Shown: positions 17,252 to 29,843 of the stretch, one piece after another
Position numbering within the stretch: the first letter of the stretch is position 1
How the letters are laid out: each line of letters starts with the position of its first letter
Assembly (NCBI GenBank): GCA_965237415.1
Contig: CBDEFM010000002.1
Span: 1,888,001 to 1,952,000, forward strand
Direction: 5' to 3'
Source: Alphaproteobacteria bacterium
Lineage (GTDB): Bacteria > Pseudomonadota > Alphaproteobacteria > UBA828
DNA: 64,000 nucleotides
The notes under the pieces: model-generated
Told to the model about the DNA's origin: nothing
Database searches by the model: none
The model's input: only the letters and a program-made list of their open reading frames with translations
Made by a program: the position numbers and the translations under genes

Positions 17252-18916
17252 ATGGCCCGGCTCGCGATGATTGCCTCGTCACCATTGTCGGTCTCGAGAT
17301 TCGTTACCGCATCGGCGCCGCTGCTCGCCTTCATCGTGGCCTTGCCGGTGCTCATCATCGTCGCATCGATGTTCGGAGCCGACAGCGGGGCGACGTGGGG
17401 GCACCTTTGGCGCACCGTCCTCGCCGACTACGTCGTCAATTCGCTCGTCCTCATGCTGGGCGTGGGGGCGCTGACCCTGATCCTGGGGGTGCCCGCCGCC
17501 TGGTACACGGCCGTCTGCGAGTTTCCGGGGCGAAGGCTCTTCATCTGGCTCTTGCCGCTGCCGCTGGCGTTCCCGGCCTACATCATCGCTTACACCTACT
17601 CGGGCCTCCTCGACTATCCCGGACCGGTCCAAACTTTCATCCGCGACGTGACCGGGTGGGGACACGGGGACTACTGGTTTCCGCCGATCCGCTCCCTCGG
17701 CGGGGCGATCGTCATGCTCGGGCTGGTGCTTTACCCCTACGTGTTCCTGCTGGCCCGCGCGTCCTTCCTCGAACGCTCGGCCTCGGCGCTCGAAGTGAGC
17801 CGCACGCTTGGCTACGGCGTGCGGCAGAGTTTCTTTCGCCTCGCGCTGCCGTTGGCGCGCCCGGCGATCGTCACCGGCGTCTCGCTCGCGCTGATGGAGA
17901 CCCTGGCCGACTACGGGACGGTGCAGTATTTCGGCGTGAGCACCTTCACCACCGGGATATTCCGCACCTTCTACGGCTTCGACGACATCACTGCCGCGTC
18001 GCAGCTCTCGGCGGCGCTGCTGCTGTTCGTCGTCCTGCTGATCTTCATGGAGCGCTATTCGCGCCGCAGAGCCCGCTACGACACGAGCGGCCCCGCCCGC
18101 TACGAGCATCGCATTCGGCTGAGCGGCGGGCAGGCCGTCTGGGCCTGGGTCTCGTGCTTGGTGCCAGTGGTGCTGGGATTCATTCTTCCCGGTGCGGTTC
18201 TTCTGAAGTGGGCGCTCTACGACGCAGCCTGGGACGGCTCCTCCTTCCTGTCGTTGATCTGGAACTCCTTCTACCTGGCATTTCTCGCTGCGGTGATTGC
18301 CGTGGCGTGCGCTCTGGTGCTCGGCTATGCGCGGCGCAACCGCAACACGAGGCTGGTGCGCGCATCGCTCGGCGTCTCTGGCCTCGGTTACGCGATCCCC
18401 GGCGCCATCGTCGCGATCGGTGTCATCGTGCCCCTCGCGTGGCTGGACCATCGCCTGATCGACCTCGCGAAGTTCGTCACGGGAGAGCAGATCGGACTCG
18501 TGCTCTCAGGCAGCATCGTCGCGCTTCTCTTCGCCTATACGGTGAGGTTTCTCGCGATTTCCTTGGGCGCTGTGCAGAACGGCTTGGACAAGATCAAGCC
18601 GAGCCTCGACTATGCGACACGGTCGCTCGGGCGGAGGCCGATCCAGGTGCTGGCCGAGATCCATGTTCCCCTGATGAGGAGCACGGTGTTGACGGCGTTG
18701 CTGATCGTGTTTGTCGATGTCATGAAGGAGCTGCCGGCGACCCTGATCCTCCGGCCGTTCGACTTCAACACGCTCGCGGTGCGCGCCTACGAACTCGCCT
18801 CCGACGAGCGGCTTGCGGATGCAGCGGTGCCCTCGCTTATGATCGTGCTGGTCGGGGTTCTTCCGGTAATCCTCTTGAGTCGCACGATTTCGCGCGGCCA
18901 TTCAGGGCAGGAATAG
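17252..18916 (+). CDS. Fe(3+) ABC transporter permease (FbpB family); start uncertain
   Basis: LPLAFPAYI, METLADYG, MKELPATLILRPFDFNTLA. Confidence 0.92.
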   Translation: MARLAMIASSPLSVSRFVTASAPLLAFIVALPVLIIVASMFGADSGATWGHLWRTVLADYVVNSLVLMLGVGALTLILGVPAAWYTAVCEFPGRRLFIWLLPLPLAFPAYIIAYTYSGLLDYPGPVQTFIRDVTGWGHGDYWFPPIRSLGGAIVMLGLVLYPYVFLLARASFLERSASALEVSRTLGYGVRQSFFRLALPLARPAIVTGVSLALMETLADYGTVQYFGVSTFTTGIFRTFYGFDDITAASQLSAALLLFVVLLIFMERYSRRRARYDTSGPARYEHRIRLSGGQAVWAWVSCLVPVVLGFILPGAVLLKWALYDAAWDGSSFLSLIWNSFYLAFLAAVIAVACALVLGYARRNRNTRLVRASLGVSGLGYAIPGAIVAIGVIVPLAWLDHRLIDLAKFVTGEQIGLVLSGSIVALLFAYTVRFLAISLGAVQNGLDKIKPSLDYATRSLGRRPIQVLAEIHVPLMRSTVLTALLIVFVDVMKELPATLILRPFDFNTLAVRAYELASDERLADAAVPSLMIVLVGVLPVILLSRTISRGHSGQE

Positions 18917-18920
18917 GCCG

Positions 18921-20027
18921 TTGTTGACGATCGAAACATTGACGCTCGGGTACGGGGGCAAGGTCGTGGTGACGGATGCCACGTTTGCTCTCGAAACCGG
19001 GCAGATCGGGAGTCTGCTGGGGCCGAGCGGCTGCGGCAAATCGACTCTGCTGCGCGGGATCGCCGGTTTCGAGCGGCCGCTGAGCGGGACCGTCTCCATG
19101 GACGGTGAGCGTCTCTCCGCGCCGGACTCCGTGGTGGAGCCCGAGCGCCGGCAGATAGGCATGGTGTTTCAGGACGTGGCCCTCTTCCCGCATCTCGATG
19201 TCGGCCGCAACATCGCGTTCGGGCTGCGAGGGTCGACGAAGACGGAGCAACGCCGCCGGGTCGGAGAGCTGTTGGAGCTTTTCGGGCTGGCGGGCTACGC
19301 CGAGCGCATGCCGCATTCGCTCTCGGGCGGCGAGCAGCAGCGCGTTGCCTTGGCGCGGGCGATGGCGCCCAAACCGAAGCTCCTGCTGATGGACGAGGCG
19401 TTCTCCAGCCTCGATACAGAGCTACGCCTGGCGATCGTGCCGGAAGTCAGGCAAATCCTGAAGCACGAGAACATGAGCGCGATACTGGTCACCCACGATC
19501 ACAACGAAGCCTTCGCCATGGCGGACCAGGTCGGCGTGATGGACGCCGGGCGGATTCATCAGTGGGACGAGCCCTACGTGCTCTATCACCTGCCGAACTC
19601 TAAATTCGTAGCGCAGTTCGTCGGCGAAGGGCAGTTGATCGAGGCGACGGCCATCGACGGGACGAAGTTACGGTCGGTTCTCGGCATCCATAGTGTGCAC
19701 AAAGGCCACGATATCGCGTTGGGAAGCAGCGTAGAAATACTGGTAAGACCCGACGATATCGTGCACGACCATATAAGCGAAATGATGGGAGAAATCGTCG
19801 AGATTTCGTTTCGAGGCTCGCACTATCAATACTTGACGAGACTGGAGAACAACGAGCGGCTGTTATGCATTGCCGAGTCGCATCACAAGCATAAGATAGG
19901 AGACCGTATCGAGCTGGTTCCTAAATTGGAACACCTCGTTGTCTTCGACGACGACGGGGTGGGGACCGCTTACGATTCCACGCTGGATACATTCCTGAAA
20001 ACCCTCTCCGCCAGGCCCTTCTTTTAG
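18921..20027 (+). CDS. Fe(3+) ABC transporter ATP-binding protein (FbpC family)
   Basis: GPSGCGKS, LSGGEQQRVALARA, LLMDE, C-terminal TOBE-like region. Confidence 0.92.
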   Translation: MLTIETLTLGYGGKVVVTDATFALETGQIGSLLGPSGCGKSTLLRGIAGFERPLSGTVSMDGERLSAPDSVVEPERRQIGMVFQDVALFPHLDVGRNIAFGLRGSTKTEQRRRVGELLELFGLAGYAERMPHSLSGGEQQRVALARAMAPKPKLLLMDEAFSSLDTELRLAIVPEVRQILKHENMSAILVTHDHNEAFAMADQVGVMDAGRIHQWDEPYVLYHLPNSKFVAQFVGEGQLIEATAIDGTKLRSVLGIHSVHKGHDIALGSSVEILVRPDDIVHDHISEMMGEIVEISFRGSHYQYLTRLENNERLLCIAESHHKHKIGDRIELVPKLEHLVVFDDDGVGTAYDSTLDTFLKTLSARPFF

Positions 20028-20142
20028 TTTGCCGCGACTCGGCGCGGCCGGAGCGTCGCCGATGCCGCCGCCTTGCGCTCGGAGATGGCGGTGGCACGGG
20101 GGCACCGCCGCGATGAGCGACGGCGCCCCGAGCCGATAGCGA

Positions 20143-21714
20143 TCAGCAGCTCTTCCAGTCTTTCGCCGCCTCCAGCGCCGCCGCCACCTGGAGCACCTTG
20201 GCGTCCTCGAATTGGCGGCCGACGATCATGCAGCCGATGGGCAGGTCGTCCGAGACCCCGCACGGCACCGAGATCGCCGGATGGCCGGTCACGTCGAACT
20301 GGCAGGTGTTGTGGATCATGTCGAGCGTGCGAATGATGCGCTCCTTGAGCGGCGCGTCGTTGTCGGGGATCGGCGTCGGCAGGATCGACGTGCTGGGCAT
20401 CACCAGCACGTCGCAGGACTCCAGCAAATCGTCGTAGCTCTGCGTGATCTGGCCCCGGATGTTCTGCGCCTTCGCGTAGTAGCGGTTGTAGTACTCCGAC
20501 TGCATGTATTCGCCGAAGAGCAGCACGTACTTCACCATCACGCCCATGTCGTTGGGCCGGGCGCGCGCGCCCTTCGCCACGTTGTCGAGGAGCTGCGTGT
20601 TGTAGAAGCCGCGCCAGTTGGTGCCGGTGTTGTTGCCCTTCAGCATGACCGACTGCGCACCCTCGACGCAGAGCGGCACCCACACGTGAAAGGCGTCCTC
20701 GTGGCGCGGGTTGGAGACCTCGGTCACCTCGGCACCGGCGCCCGCAAGGCGGTCAACGGCGGCGCGGACACTGTCCGAGACCACCGTGTCGCCGGGCGGG
20801 AGCCCGGTTTCGCCCCAGGTGTCCTCGCCCGCACCCTGGTCGAAGCCTTCCTTCAGCACCCCGATCTGGACGCCCTTGCAGCCCCTGTCGAGGCCGGTGA
20901 CGTAGTCCATGTCCAGCCCTGCCGGGATCACCCCCCGCTGGCGCGGATCGAGCGGGTCTTCGCCGGCGATCGCGGTGAGCATGCGTGCGGTGTTCTCCAC
21001 CGTATCCGCCATGGGGCCGAGATGGTCCATGGTCATCTCGATCATCATGGCGCCGGTATAGGGCACGAGGCCATACGTAGGCTTGTGACCGACGATGCCG
21101 CTCCAGCTCGCGGGAATGCGGATCGAGCCGCCCTGGTCGCCGCCGATCGACACGTCGATATCGCCGGCCGCGATGGCGGCGCCGTTGCCGTTGGACGACG
21201 CGCCGGTCGAATGGGTCGGCTTGTGCGGGTTGCGCACGGGCCCGTAGGCCGAGGTGTGGCTGCCGCCCGAGAACGAGCAGTCCTCGCTGTTGGTCTTGCC
21301 GAGGATGGTCCCGCCGGCATCGAGCACGCGTGTCACCACGGTGGCGTCGATATCCGGAATGTAGCCCTCCATCCCCTTGGCGCCGTTGATCATGGGGAAG
21401 CCTGCGACGCAGATCGCATCCTTGATGCCGATCCGCTTGCCGGCGAGCACGCCGTCCGCCGCGCCCTTGATCTCGCCCTTCACGAACCACGCGTTGTAGG
21501 GGTCCTCCTCGGGCCCCGGCCGGTAGGAGCCGCAGCGCGGATACTTCACGGGCGGCTTGGTCTCCTGCATCGTGTCGAGGCGGCGGTAGCTGTTCAGCGT
21601 CCCCGCCATCATCTCGCTGTAGAGGTCGGCGTCCGCGTCGCTCATTGTGAAGCCGAACGACTCGGCCAACTCCTGGACCTTCTTCGCGCTCGGCGGTACT
21701 GGACCTGTCGGCAT
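20143..21714 (-). CDS. Amidase (amidase-signature family)
   Basis: IKD (catalytic Lys), GASSNG, GGDQGGSIRIPASWSG. Confidence 0.92.
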   Translation of the reverse strand: MPTGPVPPSAKKVQELAESFGFTMSDADADLYSEMMAGTLNSYRRLDTMQETKPPVKYPRCGSYRPGPEEDPYNAWFVKGEIKGAADGVLAGKRIGIKDAICVAGFPMINGAKGMEGYIPDIDATVVTRVLDAGGTILGKTNSEDCSFSGGSHTSAYGPVRNPHKPTHSTGASSNGNGAAIAAGDIDVSIGGDQGGSIRIPASWSGIVGHKPTYGLVPYTGAMMIEMTMDHLGPMADTVENTARMLTAIAGEDPLDPRQRGVIPAGLDMDYVTGLDRGCKGVQIGVLKEGFDQGAGEDTWGETGLPPGDTVVSDSVRAAVDRLAGAGAEVTEVSNPRHEDAFHVWVPLCVEGAQSVMLKGNNTGTNWRGFYNTQLLDNVAKGARARPNDMGVMVKYVLLFGEYMQSEYYNRYYAKAQNIRGQITQSYDDLLESCDVLVMPSTSILPTPIPDNDAPLKERIIRTLDMIHNTCQFDVTGHPAISVPCGVSDDLPIGCMIVGRQFEDAKVLQVAAALEAAKDWKSC

Positions 21715-21858
21715 TCTGCTCTCCCTTGATTCCCGAGGCCGTTGGGCAGTGCTCAAACGGCGACGGGCGGCATTCTAGCGATTGCCAGGGTGCGCGGCCA
21801 TTGCAGCGGAGTCGCTTCCTGTTGCCCGCCCGGCGAATCGGGATAATGTTGCGGCGCT

Positions 21859-22614
21859 GTGACTCTAATCCCCACGATTCGGCCCGGTAAGCGCGCGTGC
21901 GCAGGGGTCCTCCTGTGCCTCGCCGCGGCCGCCCTCTGGGCGGCGGCCGCGGGGCCGGCGGCGGCCGACCTGCTCGAAGACGGCGCCGCTGCTTACGAGG
22001 CCGGCGACTATGGCGAGGCCGCGAAGGCCTGGCGCCCGCTCGCCGAAGGGGGCGACGCGATGGCGCAGTTCAACCTGGGCCTCCTCCACGAGACCGGGCG
22101 CGGCGTGGCCGAGGACCTTGCTCAGGCCGCGGCGTGGTACGAGCGCGCGGCCCTGCAGGGCGCAACCCAGGCGCAGTTCAATCTGGCGCTGCTCCATCAG
22201 ACCGGGCGCGGCGTCGAGAAGGACGGGACGCAGGCGCTCTACTGGCTCGAAGTGGCGGCGCGCCACGGCGCGGGCGCGGAGCAGGAGCAGGCGGCCGACG
22301 CTGCGGCCCGACTGGCCGAGATTCTGCTTGCGGAGGACGTGGACAATGCCCGCGCCCGTGCTGACGAATTCGCGCCGCGCCCGGAGGGGGCGTCGGTCCG
22401 GGCTCAGGAGATCACCCTGATCCTCTCCGAGAGCCAGGTCGAGGAGCTGCAACGCCGCCTCGCGGCCCATGGCTACGACCCGGGGCCGCTGGACGGCGTT
22501 CCCGGAGAGCAGACGCGCAACGCCGTGCGCCGCTATCTCGCCGACCGGGGCCTCACCTGGCCCGAGGGCGAGAACCTGTCCCAGCGTCTGCTGGACCTCG
22601 TGCGCGCGCCCTAG
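21859..22614 (+). CDS. Secreted Sel1-like repeat protein with C-terminal peptidoglycan-binding domain
   Basis: Signal peptide, AQFNLG/AQFNLA Sel1 repeats, LQRRL...GYDPGPLDG.PGEQTRNAVRRY. Confidence 0.85.
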   Translation: MTLIPTIRPGKRACAGVLLCLAAAALWAAAAGPAAADLLEDGAAAYEAGDYGEAAKAWRPLAEGGDAMAQFNLGLLHETGRGVAEDLAQAAAWYERAALQGATQAQFNLALLHQTGRGVEKDGTQALYWLEVAARHGAGAEQEQAADAAARLAEILLAEDVDNARARADEFAPRPEGASVRAQEITLILSESQVEELQRRLAAHGYDPGPLDGVPGEQTRNAVRRYLADRGLTWPEGENLSQRLLDLVRAP

Positions 22615-22644
22615 CCGGGAAATCCCTCCTCGGTCAGCGCCGTG

Positions 22645-23586
22645 CTAAACGGCGCCGGGACCGCGGCGGGTCACCAGAAAGAGGCCGGCGAAGAGCAGCG
22701 CCAGGGCGCCCCAGATGTAGACGCTGTGACTCTCGGCCAGGATCAGGATGCCCCAGCCGATCCCCGCCAGTGTGGCGACGTAGTTCTGTGTCGAGAAGAA
22801 GACCGGCCCCGCACGCCTGACGATCTCCAGGAGCAGATAGAAGAAAGCGGCGTTGATCAGAATGGCGCCGATCTGCGCCCAGTCGCTGTCGCTCATCGGG
22901 CCGGAAAAGAACCACCACTGCCCGCTCCCCGCCATGAAGGGGAAGACCATGATCGACGAGGCGAAGAGCAGCCCGCTCCCCATAGTGAGCGAATCGCCCT
23001 CGGCGGGTGCCAGGCGGGCGGCCGAAATCGTGCCGGAGGCATAGCTGACCGGGACCAACAGGCTGAGCAGCACCCAGCCGGCCATGTCGGAATCCGGCAG
23101 GCTCGTCTCCGGCAGGACCACCAGCAGAACGCCGGCGAGGCCGAGCGCAATTCCGCCGATCCGAAGCCAGCGAAAGCGATCCATCGCGAGCGCCAGCGCC
23201 AGGATATAGGTGATCGTCGGGCTGAGCGTCCCGCCCAGGCCGATCACCCCGGCCGGTAGCTTGGGAGCGATGAAGGCCAGGAGAACGAAGGGGAAGGCGA
23301 GCGTGAAAAAGCCGATCACGAAATAGGCCCGCACATAGGGCCAGCTCAAGCGCGGGCGCCGGCGGAGCAGAGCGGCAAACAACAACAGAACGAGGCCCGC
23401 GCCCACCGTCTGCCAGAAGACATAGGCGAAGAACGGAATGCCCCCGGTGACGGCGATCTTGTTGGCCGAGAAGATCAGCCCGAACGTGCCGCCGCAGACG
23501 ATGAGGAGGACGAACGAGACAAGCCGGTGTCCACGCGGCGGCGGCGGCACCGGCTCTTGCGCGGTGGTCGCTTCGCCGGCTGCCAT
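22645..23586 (-). CDS. DMT/EamA family transporter
   Basis: About 10 hydrophobic helices in two repeats; AGPVF, WGILILAE. Confidence 0.85.
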   Translation of the reverse strand: MAAGEATTAQEPVPPPPRGHRLVSFVLLIVCGGTFGLIFSANKIAVTGGIPFFAYVFWQTVGAGLVLLLFAALLRRRPRLSWPYVRAYFVIGFFTLAFPFVLLAFIAPKLPAGVIGLGGTLSPTITYILALALAMDRFRWLRIGGIALGLAGVLLVVLPETSLPDSDMAGWVLLSLLVPVSYASGTISAARLAPAEGDSLTMGSGLLFASSIMVFPFMAGSGQWWFFSGPMSDSDWAQIGAILINAAFFYLLLEIVRRAGPVFFSTQNYVATLAGIGWGILILAESHSVYIWGALALLFAGLFLVTRRGPGAV

Positions 23587-23694
23587 GTCCCTCACTTCGC
23601 CGTTGCCGAGGGACCATAGCACGCGTTGGCTAACCGCGCGGCGCGGCGTCCCCACCGCATGGCGAGATGAGAGAGAATTCTAATTGTTACTTTA

Positions 23695-23707
23695 AATCAG
23701 ATGATTA
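23695..23707 (+). promoter_or_regulatory. IHF-consensus site in AT-rich intergenic patch
   Basis: AATCAGATGATTA matches WATCARNNNNTTR, preceded by an A/T tract. Confidence 0.45.
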
Positions 23708-23769
23708 CGTGAAATTGGCTTCGTTTTGTAATTTTCTCCGATCGCGTCGTCGTCTCTTCCACCGCTCGC

Positions 23770-25761
<1,992 letters not shown>

Positions 25762-25929
25762 GCGGATCTTTCCTTTCCGGCCCTCGGGATCGGGCGGGCT
25801 CCGGTTGGCCACGCGGGAGGCGCATTCGGCCCCTCGTCGGACGGCTCGGGGGCGCGCATGCGCCGCTTGCGCCCGATTCGCGTAATGTGGGGTCGGAGGC
25901 CTCCAGGTCAAGCCTCTTGGTCGTGCGAA

Positions 25930-25958
25930 AGTCTGTAAGACACGCGGAAGAGTGTCAA
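25930..25958 (-). promoter_or_regulatory. Putative rpoD promoter
   Basis: Minus strand TTGACA-N17-CAGACT. Confidence 0.55.
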
Positions 25959-26007
25959 GCGCTCTGCGACTGGCGGCATAGCACCGCCGATGGAGCCGCG
26001 CGCCCTG

Positions 26008-27843
26008 TTATGGCCCGCCGGTCCGGGAGCGCCCGACATCGTCCGGAAGCTCCATTTCCACCTTCTCCATGTCGCGCTTGCGGCGGATGGCTTCCTGGAG
26101 GCGTTCCCAATTCTCCTCGCTCGTCTCGTCGGCAAGCGCCTTCTCGGCCTCGGACAGCGCCGCCGGCAGCTCGATTCGGAGTCGCTGCAGTTCCAGGGCG
26201 TGAGCGAGCGTGTTGCGCGCGTCGTCGAGGCTGGCCGCTCTGTTGAGATAGTGCGTGTCGGCCTCCGCGAGTTCCTCGACAACGCCGCCGAGGCCGTGGC
26301 GCGCAAGCGCGTCGCGCAGCCCGGTGCCCTCCGGCTCGGGGCCGGTCTCTGCCCACTCGATCAACGCCGCCATGACTGCGGCGAAACGCGGCGTCTCGAG
26401 GCGGATTCGGGCCAACGTCTCCTGCTGCTCGATGGCCAATGCAGGGAAATCGAGCAGGGTCTGGAGCAAGGTACGCTCCCGGACCTGAGCCGTGCCCTGC
26501 CCGCCGGGCCCGAGCGCATTCCCTGTCAACACCGGTGCCTCGGCGGCAATGAACGATGGCGAACCGCCCTGCCCCCGCCCTTGCCACGGCAGCCGCAGCC
26601 GCTGCCGGAAATCTTCCCGGTAGCGGAAACCAAGATCGCGGTCGGGAATCCGCGCGATCTGGTCCAGGAGCTGCTTGTTGACCCGCGCGCGGGCCTCCGG
26701 CGTGTCGAGCGCCCGGCCGGTGAGCGCCATCCTCCAGAGCTGGTCGGAGAGGGGGATCGCGGCATCGACGATCTCGGCCATCGCCTGGCGGCCGCGATCG
26801 CGCACCATCGTGTCGGGGTCCTGGCCCGAGGGCAGCGTCGCGAAGCGCAGCGAACGCTTCGCGTTGAGCTGGGGCAAGGCGCGCTCGACTGCGCGCGCCG
26901 CGGCGCGGACGCCAGCCTCGTCGCCATCGAAGCAGAGGACAGGCTCCTCGGCGAGGCGCCAGAGCGACTCCAATTGCTGCTCGGTGAGCGCGGTGCCGAG
27001 CGGCGCCACGGCCCAGGCGATGCCTGCCTGGTGCAGCGCGATCACGTCCATGTAGCCCTCGACCGCGATGACCCGGCCCGCCTTGCGGGCGGCTGGCGCG
27101 ACGAGATGCTGGCCGTAGAGCAGGCTGCCCTTGGCGAAGAGCGGGGTCTCCGGCGAGTTGAGATATTTGGGCTGGCCGTCGCCCAGCGCCCGGCCGCCGA
27201 AGGCGACGACCCGCCCGCGCCGGTCGCAGATGGGGAAGATCACGCGCCCACGAAAACGATCGTAAGGCGTGCGGTCATCCTCCGGCGCGATGACGAGCCC
27301 CGCTTCCCGCATCATCGCTTCGGTGACGCCGCCCTGCTCCAGCTTGGTGCGGAGCGCCGTGCGGCTGTCTGGCGCGTAGCCGAGGCGGAAATGGGCGCGG
27401 GCTTCCTCGTCCACGCCGCGGGCGTCGAGGTAGCGCCGGGCGGCCACGCCGCGCGGCCCCGCAAGCTCCGCCTCGAACCAGGCAGCCGCAGCCTCCACCA
27501 CGCCGTAGAGCGAGTGGCGCTCCCGCTCCTTCGCCTCGGCGCGCGGGTCGCGCGCGGGCAACGCGAGCCCCGCATCGCCCGCCAGCCGCTCCACCGCTTC
27601 CGGGAACGAGAGGCCCTCGTCCCGCATGATGAAGCCGATGACATCGCCGTGGGCGCCGCAGCCGAAGCAGTGGAAGAAGCCCTTGTCCTCGTTCACGGTG
27701 AAGGAGGGCGTCTTCTCCTTATGGAATGGGCAGAGCCCGAGCAGTTCGCGCCCGCGGCGCAAGAGCCGCACGCGTTTGCCGATCACGCCTTCCAGCGGAA
27801 CGCGTGCGCGAATCTCGTCCAGAAATTGCGGCGGGAACGTCAT
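26008..27843 (-). CDS. dnaG: DNA primase
   Basis: CPFH.EKTPSF...CFGC zinc finger, KYLNSPET, EGYMD, FDGD. Confidence 0.97.
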   Translation of the reverse strand: MTFPPQFLDEIRARVPLEGVIGKRVRLLRRGRELLGLCPFHKEKTPSFTVNEDKGFFHCFGCGAHGDVIGFIMRDEGLSFPEAVERLAGDAGLALPARDPRAEAKERERHSLYGVVEAAAAWFEAELAGPRGVAARRYLDARGVDEEARAHFRLGYAPDSRTALRTKLEQGGVTEAMMREAGLVIAPEDDRTPYDRFRGRVIFPICDRRGRVVAFGGRALGDGQPKYLNSPETPLFAKGSLLYGQHLVAPAARKAGRVIAVEGYMDVIALHQAGIAWAVAPLGTALTEQQLESLWRLAEEPVLCFDGDEAGVRAAARAVERALPQLNAKRSLRFATLPSGQDPDTMVRDRGRQAMAEIVDAAIPLSDQLWRMALTGRALDTPEARARVNKQLLDQIARIPDRDLGFRYREDFRQRLRLPWQGRGQGGSPSFIAAEAPVLTGNALGPGGQGTAQVRERTLLQTLLDFPALAIEQQETLARIRLETPRFAAVMAALIEWAETGPEPEGTGLRDALARHGLGGVVEELAEADTHYLNRAASLDDARNTLAHALELQRLRIELPAALSEAEKALADETSEENWERLQEAIRRKRDMEKVEMELPDDVGRSRTGGP

Positions 27844-27964
27844 CCCCTCTCGCCTGGCTGAGCGGCCATCATGGCCCGGCTCGCGTCGGTTTCCCAGCCT
27901 TTGTAACCTTTACGGGGCGGGTCTCTCCCCGCCTGTCGGCGCGGCGTCAGGCGGTCCCGTCGGA

Positions 27965-28429
27965 TCAGCTCGGAGCGAGCAGCTCCCTCACCAATCCACT
28001 CGCCTTGGCGAAGTCCATGCGGCCCGGATATTTTTGCTTCAGGCACGCCATCGTGCGGCCCATGTCTTTGATAGTGCAGGCATTTAAGTCGTCCACGACG
28101 CCGCGCACGGCTGACACCAGATCATCGCCCTCGATTGCCGCCGGCAGGAATGTCTGGATGACGACGATCTCCTCGGCTTCTCGTTCCGCAAGGTCGATGC
28201 GGCCGCCCCGCTCGTACTGCTCGATGCTCTCGCGCCGCTGGCGGATCATCGTTTGCAGCAGAGCCAGGATGTGCGGGTCGTCCAGCTCGCCATTGCCATT
28301 GCCATTGCCGCGCTCGGCAATGCCGCGATCCTTGAGCGCTGCAAGAATGAGCCTGACTGTCGCCACCCGACAGGGTTCGCGCGCTTTCATTGCAAGCGTA
28401 AGCGCGTCCTCCAGCTGCCGTCGCAGCAT
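27965..28429 (-). CDS. GatB/YqeY domain protein
   Basis: AMKA, QRRESIEQYERGGR.DLA, KDMGR; typical position upstream of dnaG. Confidence 0.9.
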   Translation of the reverse strand: MLRRQLEDALTLAMKAREPCRVATVRLILAALKDRGIAERGNGNGNGELDDPHILALLQTMIRQRRESIEQYERGGRIDLAEREAEEIVVIQTFLPAAIEGDDLVSAVRGVVDDLNACTIKDMGRTMACLKQKYPGRMDFAKASGLVRELLAPS

Positions 28430-28587
28430 GGGCACCCTCCCCTCGCTTGGAATGTTGCGGACTATAGACACCCGGCGGCGGCGATCAACGACGATTCGCC
28501 CTTGACAAGAATGTCGTTTCTCTACGGGTGCTTCCGGCGACGAACTTGGCCCCCGGCGCGCCCGCAATGGGAGAATGGGGTCGATGC

Positions 28588-28615
28588 TTGACCCCGGCAA
28601 GGCCCCGACTACACT
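28588..28615 (+). promoter_or_regulatory. Putative carA promoter
   Basis: TTGACC-N16-TACACT. Confidence 0.45.
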
Positions 28616-28674
28616 GCGCGCACCACTGATCGGACAGGGCGGCGGCAAGGCGCGGCCGGTCCGCAGGAAAATCG

Positions 28675-29826
28675 ATGTCCGGGACTGGATCGCCCACCGC
28701 CACTGCGGCGCTCGCGCTCGCCGACGGAACGGTCTTTCACGGCCGCGGCCTCGGCGCGCAGGGCGAAGCCGTGGGCGAGATCTGCTTCAACACCGCGATG
28801 AGCGGCTACCAGGAGATCCTGACCGATCCGTCCTACGCCGGGCAGATCATCACCTTCACCTTTCCCCATATCGGCAATGTCGGAACCAACGAGGACGACC
28901 TGGAGTCAGGCACGCCGGCGGCGCTCGGGCTGGTGCTCCGCGCCGACGTCACCGAGCCATCCAACTGGCGCGCCGTGCAGCACCTCGAACGCTGGCTCGA
29001 ACGGCGCGGCCTCATCGGCATCGCCGGCGTCGATACGCGGCGCCTGACCCGCCTGCTGCGCACGGCCGGCGCACAGGACGGCGCGCTCGTTTACACGTCC
29101 GAGCCGAAGGCGATCGACGAGGCCCAGCTCATCGCCAAGGCCCGCGCCTGGCCGGGGCTGGAGGGCATGGACCTCGCCAAGGAGGTCAGCTGCCGCCAAG
29201 TCCACGATTGGACCGAGACCGCCTGGGATTTCGGGACCGGCGCCTACGGCACCGTCTCCGCGCCGCGCCACCATGTCGTCGCGGTGGATTACGGCGCCAA
29301 GCGGAACATCCTGCGCTCGCTCGCCTCGGCCGGCTGCCGGGTGACCGTCGTGCCCGCCACGGCGGACGCCGGGTCGATCCTCGTGCACGAGCCGGACGGC
29401 ATCTTTCTCTCCAACGGGCCGGGCGACCCGGCCGCGACCGGCGACTATGCGGTGCCGGTCATCCGGTCGCTGATGGCGAGCGGCTTGCCGATCTTCGGCA
29501 TCTGCCTCGGCCACCAGTTGCTCGCGCTCGCGCTCGGCGCGGAGACGAGGAAGATGCCCTTCGGCCATCGCGGCGCCAATCACCCGGTCAAGGAGCTGGC
29601 GACCGGGCGGGTCGAGATCACGAGCCAGAACCACGGCTTCGAGGTGACGGCCGACTCGCTGCCGCGCGGCGTCACGGCGACGCACGTCTCCCTCTTCGAC
29701 GGCACGCTGGAGGGTCTTGCCGTCGATGATCGGCCGATCTTCTCGGTCCAGTACCATCCGGAGGCGTCGCCCGGACCGCAGGATGCCCAGCATCTCTTCG
29801 CCCGGTTCGTCGCGCTGATGGGCTGA
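28675..29826 (+). CDS. carA: Carbamoyl-phosphate synthase small subunit
   Basis: [41 protein letters not shown]. Confidence 0.97.
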   Translation: MSGTGSPTATAALALADGTVFHGRGLGAQGEAVGEICFNTAMSGYQEILTDPSYAGQIITFTFPHIGNVGTNEDDLESGTPAALGLVLRADVTEPSNWRAVQHLERWLERRGLIGIAGVDTRRLTRLLRTAGAQDGALVYTSEPKAIDEAQLIAKARAWPGLEGMDLAKEVSCRQVHDWTETAWDFGTGAYGTVSAPRHHVVAVDYGAKRNILRSLASAGCRVTVVPATADAGSILVHEPDGIFLSNGPGDPAATGDYAVPVIRSLMASGLPIFGICLGHQLLALALGAETRKMPFGHRGANHPVKELATGRVEITSQNHGFEVTADSLPRGVTATHVSLFDGTLEGLAVDDRPIFSVQYHPEASPGPQDAQHLFARFVALMG

Positions 29827-29843
29827 CGGCCGGCGCTAACGCC

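Noticed and set aside
28289-28310. CCATTG x3 microsatellite in yqeY as a phase-variation switch
   Set aside because: In-frame 6-bp unit (GNGNGNG loop) cannot shift frame
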